Of a DNA stretch of 64,000 nucleotides, positions 51,353 through 64,000 are shown one piece after another (the first letter of the stretch is position 1; each line of letters begins with the position of its first letter). Position numbers and translations under genes: made by a program. The notes under the pieces were generated by a model. That model saw nothing but the letters and a program-made list of their open reading frames with translations. It was not told the DNA's origin and did not search any database. The DNA comes from Malacoraja senta (lineage: Eukaryota): the NCBI GenBank assembly GCA_038087875.1, contig CM075995.1:3474001-3538000 (forward strand), written 5' to 3'.

Positions 51353-52444
51353 ATGTCCTGAAGTTTAAACCAGCATCTGCAGTTCCTTCCTACATAAACA
51401 TAGTATTCTGTAAATACCATAATAAACAACAACAAAGTTCAGTGGAGTAGGTGTTGGTGTGCAGGTAAGGGAGCTACCGAGGTTGTATTAGAAAATACGA
51501 AATGGAAAGATTTAACGGAGGCAATGGTGATTATATTACAAGTAGGCCTCTCGGGACAGGCCCACCGATGCTGGTCTGCCCTTGACTGACTTTAATGGCT
51601 AAATGATCAAGACAAACAGCTTTATTGTTAGTTTAACGAGACACTGTGCCACCAATAAATTATTGCTGCTCAACGTAAAAGGCAATGGTGAGGAGTTGCT
51701 TGCCCGTGAATTCAGTTGTATACTGCTGTTTGTTCAATGAAGCACACTTGAAGGTGGATAGTTTCCAAAGTAGAATGTAACAGTGACCATGTTGTTTTAT
51801 GCTGCCGCAGCAATTCAGTCAAATAAGAAACATTTAGACAAGTACGTACACGGATAGGATAGGTTTAGAGGAATACGGGCCATATGCAGGTAGGTGGTAC
51901 TGGTGTAGGTGGGACATGTTGGTCGGCATGGGCACGTTGGGTTGAAGGGACCTGTTGCCACACTGCAAGAATCTGTGATTCAATAAATACTTGCTGAAGC
52001 AATCCTGCCTGCATCTCTGGTGAGAGTTTTGCATAAAACATAGAGTCGTACAGTCGTACAGTACAGAAATAAGCCCTTCAGCCCAACTTGCCCATGCCGA
52101 CTAGGATGCCCCATCAATAATAGTCCCACTTGCCATATCCCTCTAAACCTTTCCTTTCCATGTACCTGTCCAAATATCTTTTAAATGGTGTTACAGTACC
52201 TGCCTCAACTATTTCTTCTGGCAGCTCGTTTCATATACCCACCTGTGTGGAAAAGGTTGCCCCTCAAGTTCCAATTGGGAACAAATGGCATGGAATAAAT
52301 GTCATCATGCCCTTGCAACCCCCCTATTGGAGCATTATCCCAACATCATCTGCTGTGTTGTACTTTTAGGGTAACCATATTTTCATTGTGCAATGCCAGA
52401 CTGGGACCCCAGCATGATAAATACTATAAATTCCCTTCTATTCT

Positions 52445-53345
52445 TCATAAGGTCATAAGAGATAGGATCAAAATTATGCCATTCGGCCCATCAAGTCTAC
52501 TCCGCCATTCAATCATGGCTGATCTCTTCCTCCTGATCCCACCTTCCAGCCTTCTCCCCATAACCCTTGACACCCATTCTAATCAAAAATCTGTCTATCC
52601 CTGCCTTCAAAATATCCACTGACTTGGTCTCCACAGCCCTCTGTGGCAATGAGTTCCGTAGATTAACTACCATCTGACTAAAGAAGTTCCTCATTTTAAA
52701 ACAGTGCCCTTTAATTCTGAGGCTATACCTCTGGTCCTGGACTCTCCCACCAGTGGAAACATCCTTTCCACATCCACTCTATCGATGCCTTTCATTATTC
52801 TCAAGTTTCAATGAGATCCCCCCTCAACCTTCTAAACTCCAGCGAGTAGAGGCCCAGTGCTGTCAAATGCTCATCATATGCTAAGCCACTCATTCCTGGA
52901 ATCAGTCTTGTAAACCTCCTCTGGATCCTCTCCAGAGCCAGCACATTCTTCCTCAGATATGGGGTCTAAATTTGCTCATAGTACTCCAAATGTGGCCTGA
53001 CCAATGCCTCATAGAGCCTCAGCATTACATCTCTGTTTTTGTATTCCAGTGCTCTTAATATAAATGCTAGCATTGAATTTGCCTTCCTTACTACCGATTC
53101 GACTTGCAAATTAACTTTTTAGGAGTCCTGCACCTCTGATTTCTGGATTCGCTCCCCATTTATAAAATAATCTACACCTTTATTCTTATTACCAAAATAC
53201 ATGACTCCGCACTTTGCTACACTAAACTTCATCTGCCACTTGTCTGCCCACTCATCTAACCTGTCCAAGTCCTTCTGCAGAGTCCTTGCTTCCTCTACAC
53301 TGCCTGCCCCTCCACCTATCTTAGCATCATCTGCAAACGTGGCCA
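52445..53345 (-). mobile_element. CR1 LINE 3' fragment
   Basis: FADDAKIGG...LQKDLDRL and the C-terminal SQMVVNL motif, with a CR1 3'UTR. Confidence 0.88.
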
Positions 53346-54141
53346 CTTAGCTGCCAATGTGGCATCAACTGGATTGTGAATCAGCCTTTAACCACCGATT
53401 CTCTCTCCTCCTAACCGCACATGTTCTCTCAGTACCTCACTTTAGTCAGAGAGTGGTGAATCTGTGGAATTCTTTGCCACAGAAGGCAGTGGAGGCCAAG
53501 TCAGTGGATATTTTTAAGGCGGAGATTGACAGATTCTTGATTAGTAAGGGTGTCAGGGGTTACGGGGAGAAGGGAGGAGAATGGGGTTGAGAGGGAGAGA
53601 TAGATGAGCCATGATTGAAGAGAGTTTTAAAAAGCCGAGTAGAGTTGATGGGCCGAATGGCCTAATTCTGTTCCGATAACTTATGAACTTCTGAATTACA
53701 TTTTTCTTCATGCATAGCATTGCAAGAGAAACAATTTGTGTAAGGTCAGTCACCCTCATTGGTCAATGAACTGCACCAGGCTTTTAACAGTGCATTGCAA
53801 CTCTCTGTTAGTTGAATGTGGATGACAAGTTTAGACTGGGACATGTTGGTCGGTGTGGGCAAGTTGGGCCGAAGGGCCTGTTTCCATACTGTAAGACTAT
53901 GACTATGAACACTTGCTGGAGCAATCCGGCCTGCATCTCTGGTGAGAGTTTTGCATCGAACAAAGAATCCTACAGTCACCCGGTACAGAAACAAGCCCTT
54001 CAGCCAACTTGCCCATGCCGACCAGGATGCCCCATCTACACCAGTTCCACCTGCCTGCACTTGGCCCATATCTCTCTAAACCTTTCCTATCCATGTACCT
54101 GCCCAAATGTCTTTTAAATGTTGTTATAGTACCTGCCTCAA

Positions 54142-54317
54142 TGGGGTCAAGGAAAGAGCGTTCACGTCGCGGCCCTGTTTCCACCAATCTTTCCACCACC
54201 ACGCACAAGAAGCACAAGAAGCACAAGACAGACACCACTGTATGCAGATGCTAAGAAGTGTGGTCAGCTCTGGCTGAACAACTTCTAATCTTGTGTGTGG
54301 ACTCGATAAGAATTATG
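54142..54317 (+). mobile_element. Short retroposon headed by an HDV-like ribozyme (family C), inserted in a CR1 3' fragment
   Basis: Perfect 11-bp TSD ACCTGCCTCAA (54131-54141, 54318-54328) interrupting the CR1 3' sequence. Confidence 0.85.
54143..54194 (+). ncRNA. Minimal HDV-like self-cleaving ribozyme
   Basis: P1 GGGGTC/GGCCCT, P2 GGAAAGA/TCTTTCC, P3 GCG/CGC, L3 TTCACGT, J4/2 ACCAA. No real P4. Confidence 0.85.
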
Positions 54318-57300
54318 ACCTGCCTCAACTGCCTCCTCTGGAAACTTATTCCATACACCCACCACCCTCTGTGTGGAAAAAGATGAGCCTCCATTTTTTT
54401 TTAGATTACAGTCTCTGTGGATGTTTTAACAATAGCTGATTTGTAGGTTTCCCTTGTCATAAGAATTGCACGGGCTATTGCAGAGGGAGCATAAAATAAG
54501 CTGCTTAGATTCCAGCATCAGTATTCTCTTGTGTCTCCATACTATAGAAGGAACCTTGTATGTATAACCTTGCAGCTAACCATGAGACAGACTTGACTTT
54601 CCATGTGAGTTTCAAACTTAGAGTGAAACGGATAACATTCAGAATGCTGAGCATAAACATGCAAAGTTGTGCCGCTCGGATGAAGATAATAGTCAGAAAT
54701 GTTTGCCTTGGACTGGAAACTACACGTAATGTGAATGAAAAGTAAATGGTTTTCTGTATGGGAATTCAGTGCTTGGAACAGAATTTATGAACCAGCTCAA
54801 TATTATTGGAGGATGTCGTATGTTTATATACAAGATATTCCTAGATTAGCGACATGCTGTGTCAAACCAGAATCCAGCATTTGGCCATGTTTTGCTTATA
54901 TTAGATTGAGGCACCAATCTCGTTCTGAACTTGCTCATGGCAAAATAATTTTCAATTAACCCAGCAAGTTCTCCCTTCTTTCATGGTAACTGTGGGTACA
55001 ATAGTTTAGTTCAGTTTAGTTTAGTTTAGTTTAGAGATACAGTGCGGAAACAAGCCCTTCGGTTCACGAGTCCACGCCGACCAGCAATCCCCGCACACTA
55101 ACACTATCCTACACACATTAGGGACAATTTACCTTTATACCAAGCCAATTCACTTACAAACCTGTATGTCAGGTACATGGATAGGATAGGTTTAGAGGGA
55201 TATGGGCCAAATGCAGGCAGGTGGGACTAGTGTAGATGGGACATGTTGTTCGGTGTGGAAATTGGGTCGATGGGCCTGTTTCCACACTGTATGACTCTAT
55301 GACGCTATGACTATGACTCTACCCTGTTGAGTTCTCTGTGATTCGTGCATGTTTCAACAAATTGAATTGAATACTTTATTGTCACATGTGACAAGTCACA
55401 GTGAAATTCTTTGCTTGCAAATGCAAGGTATGCAAATAGTGGTCCATAAAGGGTGCTTACAAAGTTGATGAGGTCGCCTTATTCTTCTAAATACTTTAGA
55501 ATCATAGTCTGACCATCTCAATCAGACCCACTGTGCCCGGAACGAGTCTAATGAATCTTCACTTCATTCCCCCTGTGGAATACACATCTTTATTCCAGCT
55601 AAGGCGACCAAAACTACAAACATGAATCTGAAGGGTGGCATAATGGTGCATCAGACAGAACTAATCCCCAGTGAATAAGAGTTAATCCTGAACCAGATAC
55701 TGTTTATGTGGAGTGTACTCCTTGTCTCTGATACTGCGTGGGTTTTCTCCCACATCCAAAGACATGCTGACTGGAGGTTAATCAGCCATTGTAAATTGCC
55801 CCTAGTGTAGGTCGATGGGAGGCGAATCAGGGTGTTAATGGGTATGTGAGGGAGAACCAGGAAATAAGTGGGGATAAGATCATAAGTTACAGGTGCAGAA
55901 TTAGGCCAATCAGCCCATCAAGCCTACTCCGCCATTCCATCATGGCTGATCTGTCATTCCCTCTGAACCACATTCTCCTGCCTTCTCCCCAGATTGATGG
56001 GAATGCTCTGAGGGCTGGCATTGACTTGATGGGCCGAAAGTGTTCTTCCATGCTGTGAGAAATATGAAACTCCGAGTATGAGCTTAACAATGACTTTACA
56101 ATTACAGTGAGGTTTTGGTCAATTAAACCATGCCAGCTAATCTTTAATCAGGGATCCCACTCCGCCATCTTAATCAACATTCTATGCCTTAGCATTAATA
56201 AGAATTGATCTCCTCATTTTTAAAACATTACAATGGGAAGAAAGCAGAATTCTGTGGACAGTAATAAATATTACATTCTTCCGTCTTTACTTTTGATTCA
56301 TATCTTTTTAGAACCTCAAACCATGGCAATACAATCACCTTATGTCACCCCAGAAAGGTGGTATCCTTATTTCCAAATTAATATTTTGTCACCACTGTAT
56401 TGGATCTTTCCACCACTAAATATACTGTTGATAGTGGAAAGAATATACGCTGAAAAATGGGATCACATTGGCCTGGATAGAGTGAATGTAGAGAGGATGT
56501 TTCCACTAGTGGGAGAGTTTAAGACAAGTGATCATAGTCTCAGAATTAAAGGACGTTCTCTTGGAAAGGAGATGAGGAGGAGTTTCTTTAGTCAGAGGGT
56601 GGTGAACCTGTGGAATTCATTGCCATGGAAGACTGTGGAGGCTACATCAGTGAATATTTTTAAGGCAGAGATAGATAGATTCTTGATTAGTACGGGTCTC
56701 ATGAGTTATGGGGAGATGGCAGGAAATGGGGTTAGGAGGGAATGATAGATCAACCATGATTGAATGGTGGAGTAGACTTGATGGGCCAAATGGCCTAAAT
56801 CTGCTATTATATCTAATGAACTTATGAACAAGCAAACTGGAATTGTTTTGACCGTGTTGTGATCGAAGATTGATGTGACACAGTGAGAGATGCATTAGCA
56901 ATTATTTCCAGATACATTTGCTCCACTCACAAAATTGGACCAGCCTTTTCGTCTTGGGATCTATGCTACTGTGTTGAACGTTTTGCCAGCATCAGCATGC
57001 AATGCATGTTCAAACCTCTTCCTGATGTTAATGGAGTCCTCTGGTCTGGAAAATGATCGATGTCTGGCAGTTGTAATAAAACAAGGAACACAAACTGCTG
57101 AGTTCTGCATTGATGTGCCATTCACAGGATCACTTAACTCGCAATGAGACATTTCACAAGCAAAGAAATGAATGGCTGGAAGAGTAGCAAGTCAAGCAGC
57201 AAGTCAAGTAGCATCCGCGGATGCGAACAGATGGTCAAATTTATGAGTTATCCCATTACCTCCAAAGATGCCGCTTGACACTCTGAATATTTCCAGCAGT

Positions 57301-57721
57301 TTATTGTTTTTAATTTGGAATTGTTAATATTGGTCAAAATAGAGCTATTATAAAATGGAGGATCTTTGCATCTGCAGGACCTGCTTGGTCTTTTTCTGTG
57401 TAAAGCTGCAAACTGCGAGCCGGTGCCAGAAAGTCTAGGTCCTAGATTGATACATCAGATAAGGTGAGGTCCAGATGTCCTCTCTATTGTTAAAATGTAT
57501 GAAGATTTTGCAGAGAAGCTCAGAGGTGTTGCAGATGCATGATCAGGATTGGCCCACTGCAGAAGGGTTATAAATACTGTAAATAATGTTGCAAGGTGTT
57601 TATGGTGCTGTTTGATGATTGGTTGAAGTGTGAAGCCTTGTTTAAATTGTCTATAGTACCCGGGAGAATGTTGCATTACTTGGGTCAACTGACTCCTTTC
57701 CAGAAGCTTCTGTAGAAGCAT

Positions 57722-58102
57722 TGTAATGGGGTGCTTTGTAATTGGGTTGGGGAACTGTCAATAACACTTTATTGTAATCGATATCAGTGATTGGTTTGTA
57801 GGGGCTTCCTCCCCATTATAGTTCTGTCCCGCAGGGTCCGATGACCTATAAAAAGTGATCCCCACTAGGATCGTTGTCGATCTTCTGGAGGGGCGCTTGA
57901 GACTGCGTAACCTTTTGGAGGTATCTGCTTGCATGAGGCTGAAGGGCTTGGACAAGCAGAGACAAGGATCGATCCCGCGGTGGTGAGGTATTGTATAGGG
58001 AGTTCGTTATTGTTTCATAAAATAAGGTATAGTGGTCCAGTGCTTGACTCAAGTGTTTTACTGAATTAGACTAAGGGGGTTAGCTCTTGGAGCATAATTA
58101 CA
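57722..58102 (+). mobile_element. Probable solo LTR
   Basis: TGTAAT...ATTACA inverted ends, TATAAAAA at ~57847, imperfect 4-bp TSD GCAT/GAAT. Confidence 0.5.
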
Positions 58103-60374
58103 GAATCTCTCCATCTTCCATGGGACATTTCATAGAAACATAGAAATTAGGTGCCCCTTCAAGCCAGCAGCTTCATTCAATATGATCATGGCTGATCATC
58201 CAAAATCAGTTCCTACTTTCTCCCCATATCGCTTGATTCTGTTAGCCCTAGGAGCTAAATCTAACTCTCTCTTGAATTCACCCAGTGAATTGGCTTCCAC
58301 TGCCTTTTGTGGCAGAGAATGGCACAGAATCACAACTCTCTGGGTCAAAAAGTTTATCCTCATCTCAGTCCTATTAGGCCTGCCCCTTACTCTTAAACTG
58401 TAAGGCAGTGCCAAAACTTACCCGAGACGCACACACAATTTCCCAAAGTGCTGAGGCTGAAGTTGGGTGCACGTTTTGTGGAGTTGCTTCTGAGTCTACG
58501 CCTCAGGATCCATGCAGGACTTATGACTCTAACTATGACAATGAAATTCATGTGTAAAAAGGAACTGCAGATGCTGGTTTAAACCGAAGATAGACACAAA
58601 AAGCTGGGGTAACTCAGCGGGACAGGCAACGTCTCTGGAGAAAATAAATAGGTAGTGTTTCAGGTCGAGACCCTTCTTCAGACTGAGTGTCAGGGGAAAG
58701 ATTTCGACGGTAGATAGAAGAAATGAATGAAAGATATGCAAAAAGCAATGATGATCAAGGAAAGGTGGAGCCCACAATGGTCCATTGCTGGCTGTGGTCT
58801 AGGTGATAATGAGTTATCCAGACAGTGAAACTCAACAGGACAACAGTGAAACTAGTATGATGACTAGGGTGGGGGAAGGACGTCATTGATTTGTTCTATG
58901 TACTGTCTATATCTCTCGTTTCCATTTCCCCTGAGTCTGAAGAAGGGTCTCGACCCAAAACATCACCTATTCTTTTTCTTCATCAATGAAGTTCATGCCC
59001 ATTGTATCTCTGGATAGGCTGAATTCACACTGCACTCTCGGGCCATCGGAAGTTGATGATGTCCTTCTGTGTGGCAGACAGCAGCGAGACCGTTCTGTAT
59101 AAACCACAGCCAGCATGTCTCCATCCTCGATGATGACCATGGATCACAGTATCTCATCCCAGCATATCACCCTCTTCCCAGACGTTGGAGATGAGGTTGA
59201 GGAGACTTTAGTGCTGAGAAACTCATTTAACGAGTGCGCATGGGGAAGTCAAAGTCAAAGTCAAATTTATTCGTCACATGCGCACGAAGGTGCTGTGAAA
59301 TGAATTTGCCAGCAGCGATACACTTAAAAAAAGAACACACAATACGCAATAGAATTTAACACAAACATCCACCACAGCATTCTTCACAAAGTTCAGTCAG
59401 TTCTCCTCCTTTGAGGGACTCTCAAGAGACTCTCTCCTCCCACCTACTGAAGTTGCTCCCAAGACACATCCCCCTTGCTTGAATGTCAAGTCATGGCATG
59501 ATAATTACTCCATCTACCTGGCTTGTGTCTTATTGAAGTGCACCAACTTCTCTCGCACAGCATCTTGCTGCATTCTCCATACCCTCTCCACACCCCCTCC
59601 AGTATTCACTCTCCACCGTGGCAACTATAGTGTGTGTTGTAGCTGCCTGGCTCCCATCGACAGTGTGTCCACAAGTTCACAGGTTCACATTCACAAGTTA
59701 TAAGAGTAGAATTAGGCCATTTGGCCCATCAAGTCTACTCCACCTTTCAATCATGGCTGATCTCTGTCTCGTAATCCCATTTTCCTGCCTTCTCCCCATA
59801 ACCCTTCAAATGACCCTTGATTTGACACCCGTTCAAATCAAGAATTTGTTTATCTCTGTCTTAAAAATATCCACTGACTTGGCCTCCACAGCCTTCAGTG
59901 GCAATGAGTTCCACAGATTAACTACCCTCTGACTAAAGAAGTTTCTCCTCACCTCCTTTCCAAAAGAGCGGCCTTTAATTCTGAGGCTGTGACCTCTGGT
60001 CCCAGACTCTTCCCACCAGTGGAAACATCCTTTCCACATCCGCTATATCTATGTCTTTCATTATTCTGTAAGCTTCAATGCGGTCCCCCTCAACCTTCTA
60101 AACTCCAGCGAGTGGAGGCCCAGTGCTGTCAAGCGCTCATCATATGCTTACCCACTCATTTCTGGAATCATTCTTATCAACCTCCTCTGGACCCTCTCCA
60201 GAGCTAGCCCATCCTTCCTCAGATATGGGGCCCAAATTGTGTGCCTTTAAAGGCTTATGCCGTTCTCAATTGTTGCATTGGTAAGAAGTGGTAGCTGCAA
60301 CAAATCGTCAATTCTCTCAGTAGGACCTGTGCTGGTCATAATTGAACACATCTTTTTATCACACGGCACTCTTA

Positions 60375-60642
60375 TAGTCAGGTCGGGGGGATTTGCCCCC
60401 GCCACGGGTACCATGTCATCCCGAGATACCTGCTCCATGGTCGGATAGTCGGCGACTAAACAGTCTCCCCCACCTGGTTTGGCAGGTGAGGAGGGGGCTG
60501 TGGACCCCCAGCAAGACCTGTCAAAGGGCGGATGAGCTCCTAGCGAGCCAACGGCCATGCACATTTCAGTAGAAGTTGCGATCACTGTCGTACACAGCAT
60601 TGTAAGGCACCATGCCCGTTGAAGTTTTCAACGATGATGATG
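60375..60642 (+). mobile_element. Short non-autonomous non-LTR retroposon with structured 5' end
   Basis: TSD ACTCTTA (60368-60374, 60643-60649), (GAT)n tail, several GC hairpins. Confidence 0.65.
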
Positions 60643-62474
60643 ACTCTTACTTGGAGTCTACTTCACGATCTCTTGTTGGGGGGGGGGGGGGGGGGGGGCA
60701 ATTTAGCGTCCTGGCCTCCGTACAACAAAATAGGTGAAATTCAGTTTCTCGGCAATTATGCCTTATCGAGTGAAAAGTCCGTCATTTATGTTATTTCTTT
60801 ACTTAGGGAATTAGTGTTATGACATGAGTACTAGGCTGTATATTTTCTCAACCAGACTTAAGGACTTCACAGAGTTTCTTAACTGGACAAGGTCTCTATT
60901 TCACTGTGGTTCCGTGACCACTGAATCTTTAATCTGACAGCTAGACACAAAATGCTGGAGTAACCCAACGAGACTGGCAGCATCCCTGGAGAGAAGGAAT
61001 GGGTGATGTTTTGGGTCTCGACTCCAGCATTTTGTGTCTATCTTCAGTTTAAACCAGCATCTGCAGTTCCTTCCTCCACATTTCCTTTACTCTGGCAGGA
61101 CAGATTATTGAGTCAGTCATAGTATTGAGTCTAGAAGTTGGGAGGTCATATCACAGTTGTATTAGACATTGGTGAGACCACATTTCGAGTATTATGTTCA
61201 GTTTTGGTCACCACGTTATAGAAAAGATGTTGTCAAGCTGGAAAGGATGCAGAAAGATTTACAAAGATGTGGCCAGGACTTGACTACAGGGAAAGGTTGA
61301 GCAGGCTATCACTTTATTCCTTGGAGCGCAGGAGGATGTGGGGTGATCTTATAGAGGTATACAAAATCATGAGAGGAATAGATTGAGTAAACGTACAGTC
61401 TCTTGCCCAGACTAGGGGAATTGAGAACAAGAGGACGTAGGTTTAAGGTGAGGGGGGAAAGATTTAATAGGAACTTGAGGATTCATTTAGTTACACAAAG
61501 TGTGGTTGGGGTATGGAACGAGCTGCCGGAGGAGATAGTTGATGCTGGTGCTATCACGACGTTTACGTCTCAGTGCAAGTGGGGAGAAATACTGTTTCTG
61601 GACCAAAGGCTGGTCCTCAAACTAGTCAGAGGATAAAGCGGTGGGAAGAGAGCCTCCAGTCAGTGATCTGAATGGGACCCAGATTGGTGGGAGGCTTGGC
61701 AGGCATATTGTAACGGGGAAGTAATGAGATTTCCCTTGGTGCACAATAAAAGTAATCAGAGCAACTTGACCTACTTTTCCCCTGCAATGTGTGGAAAGAT
61801 CATATCACTTAATGATATCAGACCCCCCAAGCATGGCTTACACCAAGTGCACCAATCCAATAGGGAGAATGCTGCCAAACAACCTAGCAGAAAGTTTAGG
61901 AAAAGCCTGATTTCAGTTCTGCTGCACTGAAGTAACAGACCTGTTTGATTAAATTTTCAGACCATTAGTTTCAATGCTCTTGTGACAACAGTCATTTGCT
62001 CTGAAGTCACACATCAAGAACAGCCAACCCACGAGAGCATCCCATCTTGGGAGCCACATTGGCACAGTGGTAGAGCTGCTGCCTTACAGCGCTTGCAGTG
62101 CCGGAGACCCGGGTTCGATCTCGACTACGGGTGCTGTCTGGACGGAGTTTTGCGTCCTCCCCGTGACCTGGGTGGGTTTTGTCCGAGATCTTCGGTTTCC
62201 TCCCACACTCCAAAGCCGTACGGATTTGTATGTTAATTGGATTGGTTTAAATGTAAATTGTCCCATATGTGTGTAGGATAGTGTTAGTGTGCGGGGATTG
62301 CTGGTTTGTGCGGACTCGGTGGGCTGAAGGGCCTGTTTCTGCGCTGTATCTCCAAACTAAACTAAACTAACCCTCTTACAGCTAAAAGCACTACCTTTAT
62401 AAGGTGATGAATTATATAGCAAAGAAAGTCTTAGATTTGAAGTCTTATTACACTGTATCATAGTAAATAATTAA

Positions 62475-63235
62475 TCATAACTTCTAGGAGCAGAATTAGG
62501 CCATTCGGCCCATCAAGTCTACTCTGCCATTCTTTCATTGCTGATCTGTCTTTCCCTCTCAACTCCATTCTCCTGCCTTCTCCACACAATCCTGTACTAA
62601 TCCAAAATCTGTCAATCTCCAAAGTTCTATCATATCGTATCGTAAAAATATCCATTGACTTGGCCTCCACAGCCGTTTGTGGCAATGAATTTCTCAGATT
62701 CATCACCCTCTGGTTAAATAAATTCCTCCTCATCTCCTAAAGGTACGTCCTTTTATTCTGAGGCAAAGGTCGTTGGACCTAGACTCTCCCACTGGTGGAA
62801 ACTGCCTCTCCACATTCACTCTATTCAGGCCTTTCACTATTTGGAAAGTTTCATTGAGGTCCCGCCTCATCCTTCTCAACTCCAGTGACTTTAAACTCCC
62901 ATCATATGTTAACCCAATCATTTCTAGGATCAGTCTCATAAACCTCTGCGAAGCCAACCCCAGTGCCAGCAAATCCTTCCTCGGCGATGGGACCCAAAAC
63001 TGCTCACATTGGTCGAAATGCAGTCTGACCAGTGCCTTATAAAGCCTCAGCATTAGACCCTGTTTTTATATTCTAGAAATAAATGCTAGCATTGCATACG
63101 CCTTCCTTACTACCAATTCAACTTGCAAATTAACTTTTGGGGAATCCTGCACCAGCACTCCCAAGTCCCGTTGCACGTCTGATTTCAGAATTCTCTCCCC
63201 ATTTGGAAAATAGTGTACGCCTTTATTCCTATATC
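62475..63235 (-). mobile_element. CR1 LINE 3' fragment
   Basis: MLRLYKALVRLHF...ELRRMRRDL. Further CR1 3' fragments at approx. 85-490(-), 2180-2740(+), 5290-5765(+), 12655-12985(-), 13495-13720(-), 19800-20665(-), 28860-29440(+), 32475-32875(+), 44835-45310(-), 49710-50230(+), 56470-56830(+), 59680-60240(-), 61120-61565(+). Confidence 0.85.
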
Positions 63236-64000
63236 CACATGAATATTGTGACAGTATGTGTTCTTTGTATTTTAGACTAGCAAAAAAAAAAAAGGTCTTA
63301 TCTCACATCTAATGATGTTCGGTATAGCAGGACACCTTGGCCTGGTCCCTTTGTTAAATATTTGCTTCGAATATTTTGTCATTATCTGGGTTTTGTGCTG
63401 AAGTGAGTATTTTATTAAAAATTCAGTGGTGGTCTGAAGTGATCCCTTTTGTAACCTCCGTGTGACCGCATTTCAACCAGCTGTTATGCATGTTTCTCTC
63501 AGGGAAGTTCAATTTTGAAAAGGAGGTACAACCTAGATATTAAATCGAGATAACTCAGACACACAAAGAGCCCGATGCTGTTCTTTATGCAGGCTATGGA
63601 TGTCTTCCATTTTACCTCTTACTATTTTCACCAAGTACATCACCACGGGCGGAACAGTGGCACAGCGGTAGAGTTGCTGCCTCACAGCGCCAGAGGCCCA
63701 GGTTCGATCCTGACTACGGGTGCTGTATGTTTGAACGTTCTACCCGTGACCGCATGGGTTTTCTCTGAGATCTTCGGCTTCCTCCCACACTCCAAAGACG
63801 TACAGGTTTGTAAGTTAATTGCCTTTGGTAAAATTGTAATTTGTCCCTTGTGTGTCGGAGAGTGTTAGTGTGCGGGGATCGCTGGTCTGTGTGGACTCGG
63901 TGGGCTGAAGGCCCCGTTTCCGCCCGGTAACTCTAAACTAAACTAAACTACATCATGCCTTGGATGATATACCTGCCTTGTGCCTCAAAACTGGCTAAAA

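Overview
Repeat-dense vertebrate intronic DNA. The HE1/V-SINE-type SINEs, CR1 LINEs and Penelope-derived palindromes point to a cartilaginous fish (skate/ray-like); this is inferred from repeat content. The only host coding sequence I can identify is one 164-nt exon of ELMO1 (minus strand, 42614-42777), whose splice acceptor reads AC instead of AG. Larger mobile elements: a full-length but degenerate DIRS1-type tyrosine-recombinase retrotransposon (33759-38469), an internally deleted PIF/Harbinger element, a hAT-like MITE, one clear and one probable solo LTR, and nested CR1 LINEs. The most notable signal is RNA-level. At least four sequence-distinct families of short non-coding retroposons (140-430 bp, usually with GAA-type tails; three copies have perfect 11-bp TSDs) begin at an HDV/CPEB3-like self-cleaving ribozyme fold. 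One closely resembles the mammalian CPEB3 ribozyme. The abundant palindromic Penelope-derived repeats also carry minimal hammerhead cores. Most short ORFs in the track are repeat-derived or spurious. All folds were paired by eye, not computed.
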